A stretch of DNA of 64,000 nucleotides from Desulfomonilia bacterium (GTDB lineage: Bacteria; Desulfobacterota; Desulfomonilia; UBA1062), in assembly GCA_050014195.1 (NCBI GenBank), contig JBEKDT010000001.1, forward strand, positions 288,001-352,000. The letters run 5' to 3'. This document shows positions 9,092-18,746 of this stretch, in pieces. A program made the translations under genes and the position numbers. Below the pieces are notes generated by a model that had not been told where the DNA came from, did not search any database, and saw only the letters and a program-made list of their open reading frames with translations. Each line of letters begins with the position of its first letter. Position 1 is the stretch's first letter.

Positions 9092-10461
9092 GTCACCTCC
9101 ACTTCTTCTTGTACATAGGGAATATATAAGAAGACCTTAGTCAGATAGGGACCTTCAATACTTTGGCCTAATGGCCTGCTTTCAATTTCTGTCTTCCCGT
9201 TATGTTGCTCGTCAATTATTCTTTTTACTTGGGACAACCCTAAACCGGAACCAGTCCTGTGCCTATCACTCGATAGTTTTCCTCGGTAGCCCTCTTTAAA
9301 AATTTTGTCCATCTCGTCAGGCAAGATCCCCAGCCCAAAGTTTGCAATAGTAATCTTAACATATTTCTCCAGGCCCTCGCATGACGTCTGGATTCTTCTT
9401 GGTTTATCTTCACTCTGACCAAAGTATGAATATTTAACAGCATTGTGGTAGACATTCATGAAAGCACGCATCAACAATGCCTTGTCAGCCTCTATGTTTG
9501 GCATATCAAGATCGTTCTTCACAATAGGCTCAAAAATAACGTCTTTATCACCAGCTGGGCTTTCGAAGATTTTTTGAGCTTCCTGTAAAAGAGCAAGCAC
9601 GTTACATCTTGATACTATTAGTGCCCCAGTGTCTGCGCTTAACGTTGAGCAGATGTTCTCCACAATGGTGGAAAATAAGATGGAATTAGAGACAGCGTAC
9701 TTGATATTTTGTTGTGCATTTACGAGCTGTTGGCTGACTTCCTTAATACTTAATTGCTGATTAGAAAGTACATCAGCAAGAATATCACGTGATTCGCAGA
9801 GTATTCCACGTGCAGCTGTATTTGGCTGGTGTATTTCATGGCGCAACATTGTAATTCTATTAATTCGTCTGAGAAGGTCAGATATGATTCCAATCAAACT
9901 GTTTTCGACGGCAGCGAGTGCCTTAATCGAGTTAGCTGGAAACTCATTTATGTATTCGACTTCTGCAAATCTTGCGGTCATCTCTCCCTTGGTGACTACG
10001 TCCACTAGTCCCTCTGACTTTAATTGTTGAACTCTCCTAGTGAAACATTCTTCAGATTCCTTTGTTCTTGCTGAATCTTTGAGTTTTCGCTGGCCAGTGA
10101 TGAGAGCTCCATAGTAAACATTTTCGTGGAAAATAGGGTAAGCAAGATTCCAGAGTCCAAGGTGGCATAATCCGAGTTTTGGGTCTTGTAACTTCTCAAA
10201 GTTTCTCTGTGCAGATCGCTTAGCATGATCCTGATTACAGAGTGACCACAAGTTCGATCGGCTTCTCATATAGGAGCACAAAGGGGATAAGAGACTCTTA
10301 TGTGTCGTCCACAGCTCTCTGCCTGAATCTGTGTGCATTGCTATTACAAAATTCTGTGATGAACAGAAGAAATCTAACAGTGGGAGAATTATTGATTTTA
10401 TATCAGCACTAAAAACATCTTGAGTTGGGCTTGGCCCAATCGAGCGTCTTCTCATTTCCAT
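9088..10461 (-). CDS. Sensor histidine kinase with N-terminal PocR-like domain
   Basis: PocR-type C...C...CHLGL...PI...GALITGQ; H-box LRHEI, N-box NVYHNAVKY, G2 GSGLGLS. Confidence 0.85.
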   Translation of the reverse strand: MEMRRRSIGPSPTQDVFSADIKSIILPLLDFFCSSQNFVIAMHTDSGRELWTTHKSLLSPLCSYMRSRSNLWSLCNQDHAKRSAQRNFEKLQDPKLGLCHLGLWNLAYPIFHENVYYGALITGQRKLKDSARTKESEECFTRRVQQLKSEGLVDVVTKGEMTARFAEVEYINEFPANSIKALAAVENSLIGIISDLLRRINRITMLRHEIHQPNTAARGILCESRDILADVLSNQQLSIKEVSQQLVNAQQNIKYAVSNSILFSTIVENICSTLSADTGALIVSRCNVLALLQEAQKIFESPAGDKDVIFEPIVKNDLDMPNIEADKALLMRAFMNVYHNAVKYSYFGQSEDKPRRIQTSCEGLEKYVKITIANFGLGILPDEMDKIFKEGYRGKLSSDRHRTGSGLGLSQVKRIIDEQHNGKTEIESRPLGQSIEGPYLTKVFLYIPYVQEEVEVT

Positions 10462-11101
10462 GGAAGCGATTGTCTCCCTCCCAAAGTGAATTGAGTAAAC
10501 TCTTTTTTGATAAAAAATAACAATGCTCTACCTTTTTACAGTTAATTCACATATTGAATAAATAAGTTGTTTATTATCAGCTGTATTTGCTTGATGGGAT
10601 TCAAAGGTGTAAAATCATTCTTGGATCTAATACAATATTTTTCTAAAATAATCAAACAGGGTTTAGTTTCTTAACACAACATCTTGAGATTGCGGCCCTT
10701 ATGCATGTACTTTCTTACGTGGCATCATGAGGATCAGGTCTTATATTTTATCATTCTTTACTCTGCCCGGATAATAACAGGCCCTTTTGACTAAAGTACA
10801 TATAACTTTCCAAAACCATAATTAAACCAGTAAATTATTAATGTAAATAGTACTATAAGCACCCGACAGCCGCTGCGCAGCTGTTATTCATGCAACTAAC
10901 TAAAATATCAATCCATCCTATTATATTGATAATATTAATCTAAAAAGTAGTTAGTTAGGAGAAATGCAAGATCCGAGAAACATAACAAATCACACCGCTG
11001 TATGATATCATCTTAACTACCAGCTTCATTGTATGATCAGATCTCAACTATGATTATCAACGAAGTAGGTGACAGGCACGGTTTCCTATTTCATGATCTC
11101 A

Positions 11102-11132
11102 AAACAGGCAGCAAATTTACTGCCGCCTGTTT
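11102..11132 (-). terminator. Terminator hairpin downstream of vapC
   Basis: AAACAGGCAGCA ... TGCCGCCTGTTT inverted repeat with flanking A/T tracts. Confidence 0.6.
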
Positions 11133-11198
11133 CTTCAATCCTTTGGGCATCCATACATTTGATCATGTTTGCTGCATAAATCGCAGATGAGAAAAAAG

Positions 11199-11600
11199 CT
11201 AAGGTATTACTTGAAATCCAGCCAGCTCAAAGTGCTTATCGAAAGTAAACACTCTTTTTATCTTATATTCTTTCATCAAAACAAAGGATATGCAATCAGT
11301 ATAGCTTACCATCTGATCTGAGTATCTTTCGAAATATCGTAATGCTTCAAGCTCATGTGATTTATCGGGTCTCAAGATGGTAAAGGCATCGGATGAAAAG
11401 ATTGACTTTGCTCTCTGGGCAGCGAATTGATAACTAGCCCTTCTCCCTAAGAGGGTGAAAGTCTCATCTAAAACAAAATTGCTGGTGAAGAGCTTATCTT
11501 TATTCTTTTCCAGAGCCTTCCAGGAAGATAGAGCTTCAGCATGATAATCGTCTTTGGCAATATATCTGGCTATCAATGCTCCCGTATCAATATAGATCAT
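11199..11600 (-). CDS. vapC: PIN-domain toxin VapC
   Basis: IYIDTGAL, VLDETF, SYTDCISF, FTFDKHF acidic tetrad. Confidence 0.92.
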   Translation of the reverse strand: MIYIDTGALIARYIAKDDYHAEALSSWKALEKNKDKLFTSNFVLDETFTLLGRRASYQFAAQRAKSIFSSDAFTILRPDKSHELEALRYFERYSDQMVSYTDCISFVLMKEYKIKRVFTFDKHFELAGFQVIP

Positions 11601-11833
11601 GCCTTGCTTCCATATAGATAATCATCATGCTTCTTGGAGATATCTTTTGGTGCCGACCCGGTATATACAGCTGTGTCGGTGAAGAAAGCATCTCCCTTGC
11701 CGCCCTCGTATTTCCTTAACAAATCTTTCATCGCTTCTCTTACGAACTCAGAGAGCGAGAAGCCTTTTTTCCTCGATACATCTTCGGCCTTTGCTTTCAG
11801 GTCGTCCGGAAGCATAATAGTTGTCCGATGCAT
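11597..11833 (-). CDS. Ribbon-helix-helix (CopG-like) antitoxin
   Basis: RTTIMLPD...SLSEFVREA; SKKHDDYLYG tail; 4-nt overlap with vapC. Confidence 0.88.
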   Translation of the reverse strand: MHRTTIMLPDDLKAKAEDVSRKKGFSLSEFVREAMKDLLRKYEGGKGDAFFTDTAVYTGSAPKDISKKHDDYLYGSKA

Positions 11834-11999
11834 TTACATCACCCCCTTTATGCATAACCATATAGCCATAACCATATTAAATGTCAAGCTTCCATCCGTG
11901 GCCTCTGAGACCTTTTTATTCAAGTTATCCGTTTGATGCTAAATAATAATATAACAAATATTAATCCAATAATAACAAAATGTTATAATTAAATGAATG

Positions 12000-12029
12000 T
12001 TGACATGTTAAAAGAAATCATTATATCCT
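12000..12029 (+). promoter_or_regulatory. Sigma70-type promoter of the trb operon
   Basis: TTGACA-18-TATCCT preceded by an AT-rich tract; GAGGAGG RBS follows. Confidence 0.55.
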
Positions 12030-12054
12030 TGAGTCGTAACTGGATACGAGGAGG

Positions 12055-12363
12055 TTGGATATGAAATGTCGCTTGTTGGCGATAACACTTGTTGCTTTTC
12101 TGGCCCCATCCATGCTTCTTGCAGCAGGAAGCGGCATGCCCTGGGAAGGCCCTCTCGATCAAATCCTGAACTCTCTGACCGGCCCATGGCTCAGGTTCGG
12201 AAGCGTTGCGGCAATTATGGCCGTGGGCTTCATGCTGGCCTTCGGTGAGACAGGCGGGATTCTGAAGAGGTCCTTGCAGGCGGTGCTTGGTCTTTCCGTA
12301 GCTTGCGCTGCTACCGGGTGGGGTCTTTCATTCTTCGGGTTCAGCGGAGGTTTGGGGTTCTGA
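12055..12363 (+). CDS. trbC: Pilin TrbC/VirB2
   Basis: Signal peptide, GMPWEGPLDQILNSLTGP motif, two hydrophobic helices. Confidence 0.93.
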   Translation: MDMKCRLLAITLVAFLAPSMLLAAGSGMPWEGPLDQILNSLTGPWLRFGSVAAIMAVGFMLAFGETGGILKRSLQAVLGLSVACAATGWGLSFFGFSGGLGF

Positions 12364-12367
12364 ATTT

Positions 12368-12607
12368 ATGAAGGTCCCAATCCACCGAGGTCTCATAGAA
12401 AGGAACATGATTGCCGGAGTACCCCGGAATGTAGCGATCCTGGGGGGAACGCTAGGCGGTGCTCTGGTGCTGGGCATGCAAAATGCCTGGATGATTTTGG
12501 TTCTCATACCCGTTTATATTATTCTTGTTGTGTTATATAAATCAGATCCATACCTCCTTGAAGTTTTGGTCTCTCATGTCAATGAAGACGACTACCTAGA
12601 GCCATAG
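12368..12607 (+). CDS. trbD: TrbD/VirB3
   Basis: VPIHRGL...AGVPR, TM segments, DP motif; position between trbC and trbE. Confidence 0.88.
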   Translation: MKVPIHRGLIERNMIAGVPRNVAILGGTLGGALVLGMQNAWMILVLIPVYIILVVLYKSDPYLLEVLVSHVNEDDYLEP

Positions 12608-12644
12608 CTTTCAAAAGCTATAGCGACAGCTTTGCTTACTGCCC

Positions 12645-15071
12645 ATGGATTGGGCGGGGGAGGTATTGGTGCTGCATCTTAAGGAGTACAGGGAAACACC
12701 GAACAAACTGGCCCATAGGCTTCCCTGGGCCATAATCATTGCCCCTGGAGTCGTCCTCAACAAGACAGGCTCCTTTCAATCAACAATCATCTTCAACGGA
12801 CCTGATCTCTACTCCTCGACAGAGGAGGAACTCGACGCGGTCGCAGCACAGGTAAACAACGCACTGATGAGGCTCCCTTCTCCCTGGGCTTACTTTATCG
12901 AAGTACAAAGGCGGAAGTACAACTACTACCCTGATTCCGAGTTCCCGAATCAGGCAAGCAGCCTGGTCGATGAGGAAAGGAAGCGGATCTTTCTCGATGA
13001 CGGGCATCACTTCACGAGCACGTACTACCTGACCTTCACCTATATGTCGCCCTCTGAGCAGTCCCAGAAGATCCTCAACAAGTTCATGGATCAGCAGAAG
13101 ATCGATTACACAAAGCACCTGGAATACTTCCAGGACGAGGTGAGGAAGATCGTCGATATCCTGAAGACCATATTCCCCTATGTCGAGTATCTCGATGATG
13201 ATGCAACCCTCACTTACCTCCACTCCTGTATTTCCACAAAGTATCATCCGGTGAAGACACCAAAGACACCGGTCTTTCTGGACTATCTTCTTCCCGACGA
13301 GATCCTGATAGGTGGCTTTCAACCGAAACTCGGAGAATCCTTTCTCAAGGTTATCTCGATTGACGGTTTCCCTCTGGAGTCCGATCCCCAGATGTTGAAG
13401 GACCTGGACGGGCTAGGGTGTGAATATCGCTGGTCTACCCGGTTCATCTGCCTGTCAAAGAACGAGGCTATCAGAGAACTGAAGAAGTATTCGAAACAAT
13501 GGTTTTCCAAGAAACGTTCCCTGTGGAGCCTGGTGAAGATGTCTTTCATGAACGAGATAGACGACGGCAAGGAAGATACCGACGCGGTGAATAAGTCCTA
13601 CGATTGCGATGCAGTCGCAGAGATGGTCGCGGGAGGGCTCGTATCAGCCGGGTATTATACCTCCTGCATCGTCCTGTGGGACAAGGACCTCGACCTTTTG
13701 CATGACAAAGTCAGCAGTGTCGAGCAGATTACCAACTCTGCAGGCTTCGTTACCAGGAATGAGTCTTTGAATGTTATTCAGTCATGGTTCGGATCGCTGC
13801 CGGGTCACTGCTGGGCAAACATAAGAAGGCCTCTTGTCCATTCTCTCAATCTCACACACCTCATTCCACTCTCTTCAGACTGGGCGGGCCCGGAAAGGAA
13901 CAATCACTTGAACGGCCCGCCTCTTTTCTATGCAAAGACCCTGAGCAACACCCCGTTCAGATATTCAACGCATGTGGGGGATGTCGGACATACGATGATC
14001 GTGGGTCCTACCGGTGCCGGTAAATCCGCCCTACTGTCATTTATGGCCGTGCAGTTCCAGAGATACAGGAATGCCCAGGTTTATATATTCGACAAGGACA
14101 AGTCTGCAAGAATCACGACCCTTCTCACGGGAGGAGATCACTACGACCTGGGAGAGAATACTGACCTGGCCTTCCAGCCCCTGATGAATATCGATAAAGA
14201 GAGTGAGAGGTCCTGGGCTCTGGAGTGGGTCACTGAAATCCTGGCTCAGCAAAATGTTGTAGTAACACCGAGTTTGAGAAATGAGCTCTGGGAAGCCCTT
14301 ACGAATCTTTCTACTTCTCCGGTAAGACAAAGGACCATCACCGGTCTTGTCACTTTGGTGCAAAACAAAGAGATCCGGGAGGCCCTTTTCCTGTACACCC
14401 TGCAGGGATCATACGGTCAACTCCTGGATGCCGAGAGCGACACCCTTGAATACGGAAGATTTCAATGTTTTGAGATGAACCATCTCATGGTCTCTATGCA
14501 CAATGCAGTGCCTCCGGTACTTTCCTACCTGTTCCACCGTCTTGATCAGAGGTTCACCGGTGATCCTACCCTGCTCCTGCTCGATGAATCCTGGCTTTTC
14601 CTGGATCATCCTATCTTTTCAAACAAGATTCGCGACTGGCTCAAGACACTGCGGAAGGCCAATGTCGCTGTCGTCTTTTCTACGCAGTCTGTGGCTGACA
14701 TGGTGAAGAGCCCTATCTTTAGCACTCTTAATGAATCGTGTCCGACAAGGATCTTCCTGCCGAACCGCAAGGCTTTTGAGCCGGAGGCATATGAGCAGTA
14801 CCAGAGGTTCGGACTGAATCACCGGCAGATCGAGATTCTCGTCAATGCCATGCCCAAGAGGCAGTATTATTGCCAGTCCGATGCCGGGAACAGACTGTTC
14901 GACCTGGGGCTCGATCCTGTTTCGCTCGCGATATGTGCTTCAAGCTCTAAAGAGGACCACAGTCTCATGGATGATTTGCTGGAAGAGGGCAAAGAGGATC
15001 TTCTGAACAGATGGCTTAACCTGAAAACCGAGACAAGGGAGGTATTGCAATGCGCAAGAGCAACTTCATAA
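12645..15071 (+). CDS. trbE: TrbE/VirB4 ATPase
   Basis: LPWA, DVGHTMIVGPTGAGKS, LDESW, WLKTLRK, STQS. Likely start GTG 12669. Confidence 0.96.
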   Translation: MDWAGEVLVLHLKEYRETPNKLAHRLPWAIIIAPGVVLNKTGSFQSTIIFNGPDLYSSTEEELDAVAAQVNNALMRLPSPWAYFIEVQRRKYNYYPDSEFPNQASSLVDEERKRIFLDDGHHFTSTYYLTFTYMSPSEQSQKILNKFMDQQKIDYTKHLEYFQDEVRKIVDILKTIFPYVEYLDDDATLTYLHSCISTKYHPVKTPKTPVFLDYLLPDEILIGGFQPKLGESFLKVISIDGFPLESDPQMLKDLDGLGCEYRWSTRFICLSKNEAIRELKKYSKQWFSKKRSLWSLVKMSFMNEIDDGKEDTDAVNKSYDCDAVAEMVAGGLVSAGYYTSCIVLWDKDLDLLHDKVSSVEQITNSAGFVTRNESLNVIQSWFGSLPGHCWANIRRPLVHSLNLTHLIPLSSDWAGPERNNHLNGPPLFYAKTLSNTPFRYSTHVGDVGHTMIVGPTGAGKSALLSFMAVQFQRYRNAQVYIFDKDKSARITTLLTGGDHYDLGENTDLAFQPLMNIDKESERSWALEWVTEILAQQNVVVTPSLRNELWEALTNLSTSPVRQRTITGLVTLVQNKEIREALFLYTLQGSYGQLLDAESDTLEYGRFQCFEMNHLMVSMHNAVPPVLSYLFHRLDQRFTGDPTLLLLDESWLFLDHPIFSNKIRDWLKTLRKANVAVVFSTQSVADMVKSPIFSTLNESCPTRIFLPNRKAFEPEAYEQYQRFGLNHRQIEILVNAMPKRQYYCQSDAGNRLFDLGLDPVSLAICASSSKEDHSLMDDLLEEGKEDLLNRWLNLKTETREVLQCARATS

Positions 15072-15802
15072 GGAGCTTTATAATCATTTCGGTTCTCACC
15101 GTATCCATCACTGCTGCTTCCTACTGCTATGACACGGTATACGATCCCTGGAACTTCGTGGAAAGCTATTATAATGCCCTCCAGGCATTCGAACAGAACC
15201 AGAAGCTTTTAAATCAGCTCCAAAACCAGATGACCATGATCAATAATGAGTATCAGAATCTCAAGGCTCTCCAGGTGAATATTGGGAATACACCCATGCA
15301 GACGGCTCAAGAGATCAATACCATGTTAGGCAGGATACAAGGCGTCGGATATAACATCCAGACTCTGGACAGTAGCTATCAAAACCTCTACCAGCAGTTC
15401 GGAACAGTGATACAGGGAGCATCTCCCAGCGACATACAAACCAAGAGGTTGTCCCAGATCGTAGCAACCTCCAATGCCAATATCAATGCCATGAATGTTC
15501 AGGCACAGGAAATTCAGGGAATTAACGACGATATCATTGCTACTGACCAGGTATTGATGGGTTCCAGGCATGCTTCTGGAAATCTCGATGCCCAGCAGTA
15601 TGGAAATGAGTTAGCCGCCATGCAGATCAAACAGCAGATCAAGACCCAGCAGCTCCTGGCTGTACAAAACCATCTTGACTCAACCAGGCTCGCTGAGGAG
15701 CAGGCAAAAGATTATGAGAGGCAACAGGACTACATATACCGGATGAGGAATTGGGGTACAAAAAAATCGACGGCTGTACCCATGAATGATTTTCCTCATT
15801 GA
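15050..15802 (+). CDS. trbJ: TrbJ/VirB5
   Basis: Signal peptide, VYDPWN motif, Gln-rich coiled coil, GNLDAQQ. Confidence 0.85.
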   Translation: MRKSNFIRSFIIISVLTVSITAASYCYDTVYDPWNFVESYYNALQAFEQNQKLLNQLQNQMTMINNEYQNLKALQVNIGNTPMQTAQEINTMLGRIQGVGYNIQTLDSSYQNLYQQFGTVIQGASPSDIQTKRLSQIVATSNANINAMNVQAQEIQGINDDIIATDQVLMGSRHASGNLDAQQYGNELAAMQIKQQIKTQQLLAVQNHLDSTRLAEEQAKDYERQQDYIYRMRNWGTKKSTAVPMNDFPH

Positions 15803-15829
15803 AATAATTTCATTAACCATGAGGAGGGT

Positions 15830-15994
15830 ATGATGTTCAGACAGGCAATAGCGTTTGGTATTCTTGTATTGTTTCTTGCCGGATGCAGTGGATCGGACAG
15901 TTCAAATAAAGATCTCATGAGGAATTGGGGAACAAAGAAATCAACAGCTATACCAATGAAGGATTTTCCTGGTGGTCCTGGAAATAAAAAATGA
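15830..15994 (+). CDS. trbK: Entry-exclusion lipoprotein TrbK (54 aa, missing from the ORF track)
   Basis: GAGGAGG RBS; MMFRQAIAFGILVLFLAGC lipobox; sits between trbJ and trbL; shares the TrbJ C-terminal peptide. Confidence 0.85.
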   Translation: MMFRQAIAFGILVLFLAGCSGSDSSNKDLMRNWGTKKSTAIPMKDFPGGPGNKK

Positions 15995-16013
15995 ATGACA
16001 TCAAGGAATAACT

Positions 16014-17036
16014 ATGGATTCAGGAGTCTTGACCTCAGTATTGAACCAGTTGGCCGGTCGGCTTTCTCTCGGATATGCCAGAATACTCCCTGATGCATTG
16101 GTGCTTATGCGATATCTGGTGGCTATAGAGATCGTGGTACTGGGAGTATTCTGGGCATTAGGAAAAAGCGATGTCACAGTAACAGCCATAAAGAAGATTA
16201 CCGCCATAGGCTTATTTCTCTGGATAATAACCGGGATGCAGTCATTATCCTATGCACTTATCAGATCCTTTGCTCAGGCTGGGCTTGTGGCAGGCGGTAA
16301 TGCGATAACATTAACAAATCTTTTTGATCCGTCAGCCATAATAGACATGGGATTCAAGACCACAAAACCCATTTTTGATGCGATTGGAGGGTTCACCAAT
16401 ATAGCCAGTCACCCAGTGAATTCTGCCTTACAATTTTTAACAGGGGTGATAGGTCTTTTTGCATACTTTCTTATTGCCTGGAATCTGTTCATCGTAATCA
16501 TCGAGTTCTATCTGTTCTCGGTTTGTGCAGTTTTATTGATTCCCTTCGCAGTATTCAAGCCGACTGCATGGTTAGCAGAGAGAGCTATCGGTGGAACATT
16601 TACCATTGGAGTTAAATTGATGGTTCTGGCTCTCATCGTTAGTATCGCCTACGACATCATAGGTAGTTTGGATCTAACACCTGTAGCTGATGACAATTAC
16701 GCACTCTACTGTGGGATTTCAATAGTTTGTGCCATTGCATACCTCTGCTGGAGTGCTCCAAATTTTGCAGCCGGAATCATATCGGGAGGTCCAAATCTCT
16801 CAGGATCACACATGCTGGCTGGAGCTGCTGCCATGGGGTTCGCAGTAGATCGTACTGCGGCAACTACAGCAACCAGAAGCGTAGCAGTAGTAAAAAAAGC
16901 AGCTGGTTTCGGTAAGAAAGCTGGAAGCTGGGGTTACAACAAAGTGACTGGTGGAGGCTCTAACACAGGAAAAGCCCCCAATATCAAACCAGGGGCAGGA
17001 GGTGCAAACAACAATGGACAAGCTGGCAACAGTTAA
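16014..17036 (+). CDS. trbL: TrbL/VirB6
   Basis: Polytopic membrane protein, DPSAIIDMG, IEFYL, LAERAIG, GGPNL, Gly-rich tail. Confidence 0.92.
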   Translation: MDSGVLTSVLNQLAGRLSLGYARILPDALVLMRYLVAIEIVVLGVFWALGKSDVTVTAIKKITAIGLFLWIITGMQSLSYALIRSFAQAGLVAGGNAITLTNLFDPSAIIDMGFKTTKPIFDAIGGFTNIASHPVNSALQFLTGVIGLFAYFLIAWNLFIVIIEFYLFSVCAVLLIPFAVFKPTAWLAERAIGGTFTIGVKLMVLALIVSIAYDIIGSLDLTPVADDNYALYCGISIVCAIAYLCWSAPNFAAGIISGGPNLSGSHMLAGAAAMGFAVDRTAATTATRSVAVVKKAAGFGKKAGSWGYNKVTGGGSNTGKAPNIKPGAGGANNNGQAGNS

Positions 17037-17703
17037 AAAACTGAAGTTCGCACCGGAAGGTGAACCCGAAACACCTTACCAGAGGGCAAGACAAGAATTC
17101 GATGACTTCATCGGTGCGGCCCGGGTGCAGGCGGCAAACTGGAGGCTTATCGCATTCGGCGAGCTTGGGGTCATTATCGTTTTGCTGATCGGGTTCATCT
17201 TTCTAGCTCTGAATTCCTCTGTCGTGCCCTATATCGTCGAGGTTAACGAGCATGGAGCCGTGAACCTCATAGGCAAGGCCGACAAGCTATATAGACCAAA
17301 TGAAGCGGCAACAGAGTATTTTCTGGGTCAGTTCGTGACACAGATACGGTCCATCCCGACGGATGCGATTATTATGAGGCACAACTATCTATCCTCATAC
17401 AATTTCCTGACACCCAAGGGATCGAACACCCTCAATGCGTACGCAAAGGAATGGGACCCTTTCAAACAGCTTGGAAAGAGGGCTGTGTCAGTGGAAGTGT
17501 CGAGCGCTGTCAAGATGAGCGAGAACAGCTACCAGGTGAACTGGTATGAACAGGATTTCGAGAACAACGGTACACCTTCAACCAGACAGGCTTATACAGG
17601 CATATTCAACCTGGTCTTTCATACGCCGAAAGACGAGAAGCTGTTACGTACCAATCCGCTCGGAATCTTCATCGATTTTTTCAACATATCCAAGGTGAAT
17701 TAA
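17014..17703 (+). CDS. trbF: TrbF/VirB8
   Basis: PETPYQRARQEFDD..G.ARVQAANWR, VVPYIVEV, NPLGIFI; start at ATG 17014 after AGGAGG. Confidence 0.93.
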   Translation: MDKLATVKKLKFAPEGEPETPYQRARQEFDDFIGAARVQAANWRLIAFGELGVIIVLLIGFIFLALNSSVVPYIVEVNEHGAVNLIGKADKLYRPNEAATEYFLGQFVTQIRSIPTDAIIMRHNYLSSYNFLTPKGSNTLNAYAKEWDPFKQLGKRAVSVEVSSAVKMSENSYQVNWYEQDFENNGTPSTRQAYTGIFNLVFHTPKDEKLLRTNPLGIFIDFFNISKVN

Positions 17704-17722
17704 GACGAGGGGGAGTGAATTC

Positions 17723-18712
17723 ATGAAAAAGTATGTCATCACTGCAATCATGATCCTGTTTGTGTTCTCGGGATGTGCCCAGAACGAAAAGATCGTACCT
17801 GCCCAGCAGGTGAAAGCACCTACTCAGAAGGGGTCCACATTCGATATACCCATAGCCGATCCCGTGCCCCAGGCGAATTACAAGAAAGTGGCAAGTCCTC
17901 AGCTCAAGAAAATGGAGACAGGGTCCTCCAGGAAGAAAAATCAGGACCCGGCCAAGGTGATAGACGAGGCGAACAAGGAGGCAGCCCAGAAGCCCACTGA
18001 GGACCGATACATCAACGCCGTAACCGTTTATGACTACATGGAAGGAGCTCTCTATGAGATCTACAGTGCCCCGTTCCACGTGACAGACATCATGCTCCAG
18101 CCCGGTGAAACACTTACAAGCCCGCCTGCTGCAGGTGACACCGCCAGGTGGTCATTGGACGTTACTACAAGCGGGACTGGAAAGGACCAGAGAGTGCACA
18201 TCTTTCTGAAACCACACATTCCAAACCTTCACACTAACATCGCTGTATCTACTGACAAACATATCTATCACCTGGAATGCCAGAGCTTCAATGAGACATA
18301 CCAGGCAGGCGTGTCATGGTACTATCCAAAGGATGAGCTCGCGAACCTCACGAACAGGATCAATGCCACGAACAACACCAGAATGGATATCATTGCAACG
18401 CTGAAAGTCTCGGATCTCAACTTCAACTACACCATCAAGGGCAGCGCATCTTGGAAACCCTTGAGGGCCTTTGATGATGGAAAGAAGGTATTCATACAGT
18501 TCCCCGCCTCCATCGAGCAGGGAGAGCTGCCACCCTTGTTCATCGTGACCAGGGAGAGCGATTCTCAGCTCGTGAACTACCGCTATCAGAAGCATTACTA
18601 CATTGTGGACCGGCTCTTCGACAAAGCCTTGCTGCAGCTCGGCACTTCAAGTCCGGAGAAAGTGTACATCTACCGTAACAGTGCAAACGAGTACAGTTTG
18701 GGCTGCCGTTGA
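17723..18712 (+). CDS. trbG: TrbG/VirB9
   Basis: Lipobox-like FSGC, TDIMLQPGE, AGDTARW, WKPLRAFDDG, YYIVDRLF. Confidence 0.94.
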   Translation: MKKYVITAIMILFVFSGCAQNEKIVPAQQVKAPTQKGSTFDIPIADPVPQANYKKVASPQLKKMETGSSRKKNQDPAKVIDEANKEAAQKPTEDRYINAVTVYDYMEGALYEIYSAPFHVTDIMLQPGETLTSPPAAGDTARWSLDVTTSGTGKDQRVHIFLKPHIPNLHTNIAVSTDKHIYHLECQSFNETYQAGVSWYYPKDELANLTNRINATNNTRMDIIATLKVSDLNFNYTIKGSASWKPLRAFDDGKKVFIQFPASIEQGELPPLFIVTRESDSQLVNYRYQKHYYIVDRLFDKALLQLGTSSPEKVYIYRNSANEYSLGCR

Positions 18713-18746
18713 TCTGGAGAGTTTTGTGAACTGAAATCAACATGGC

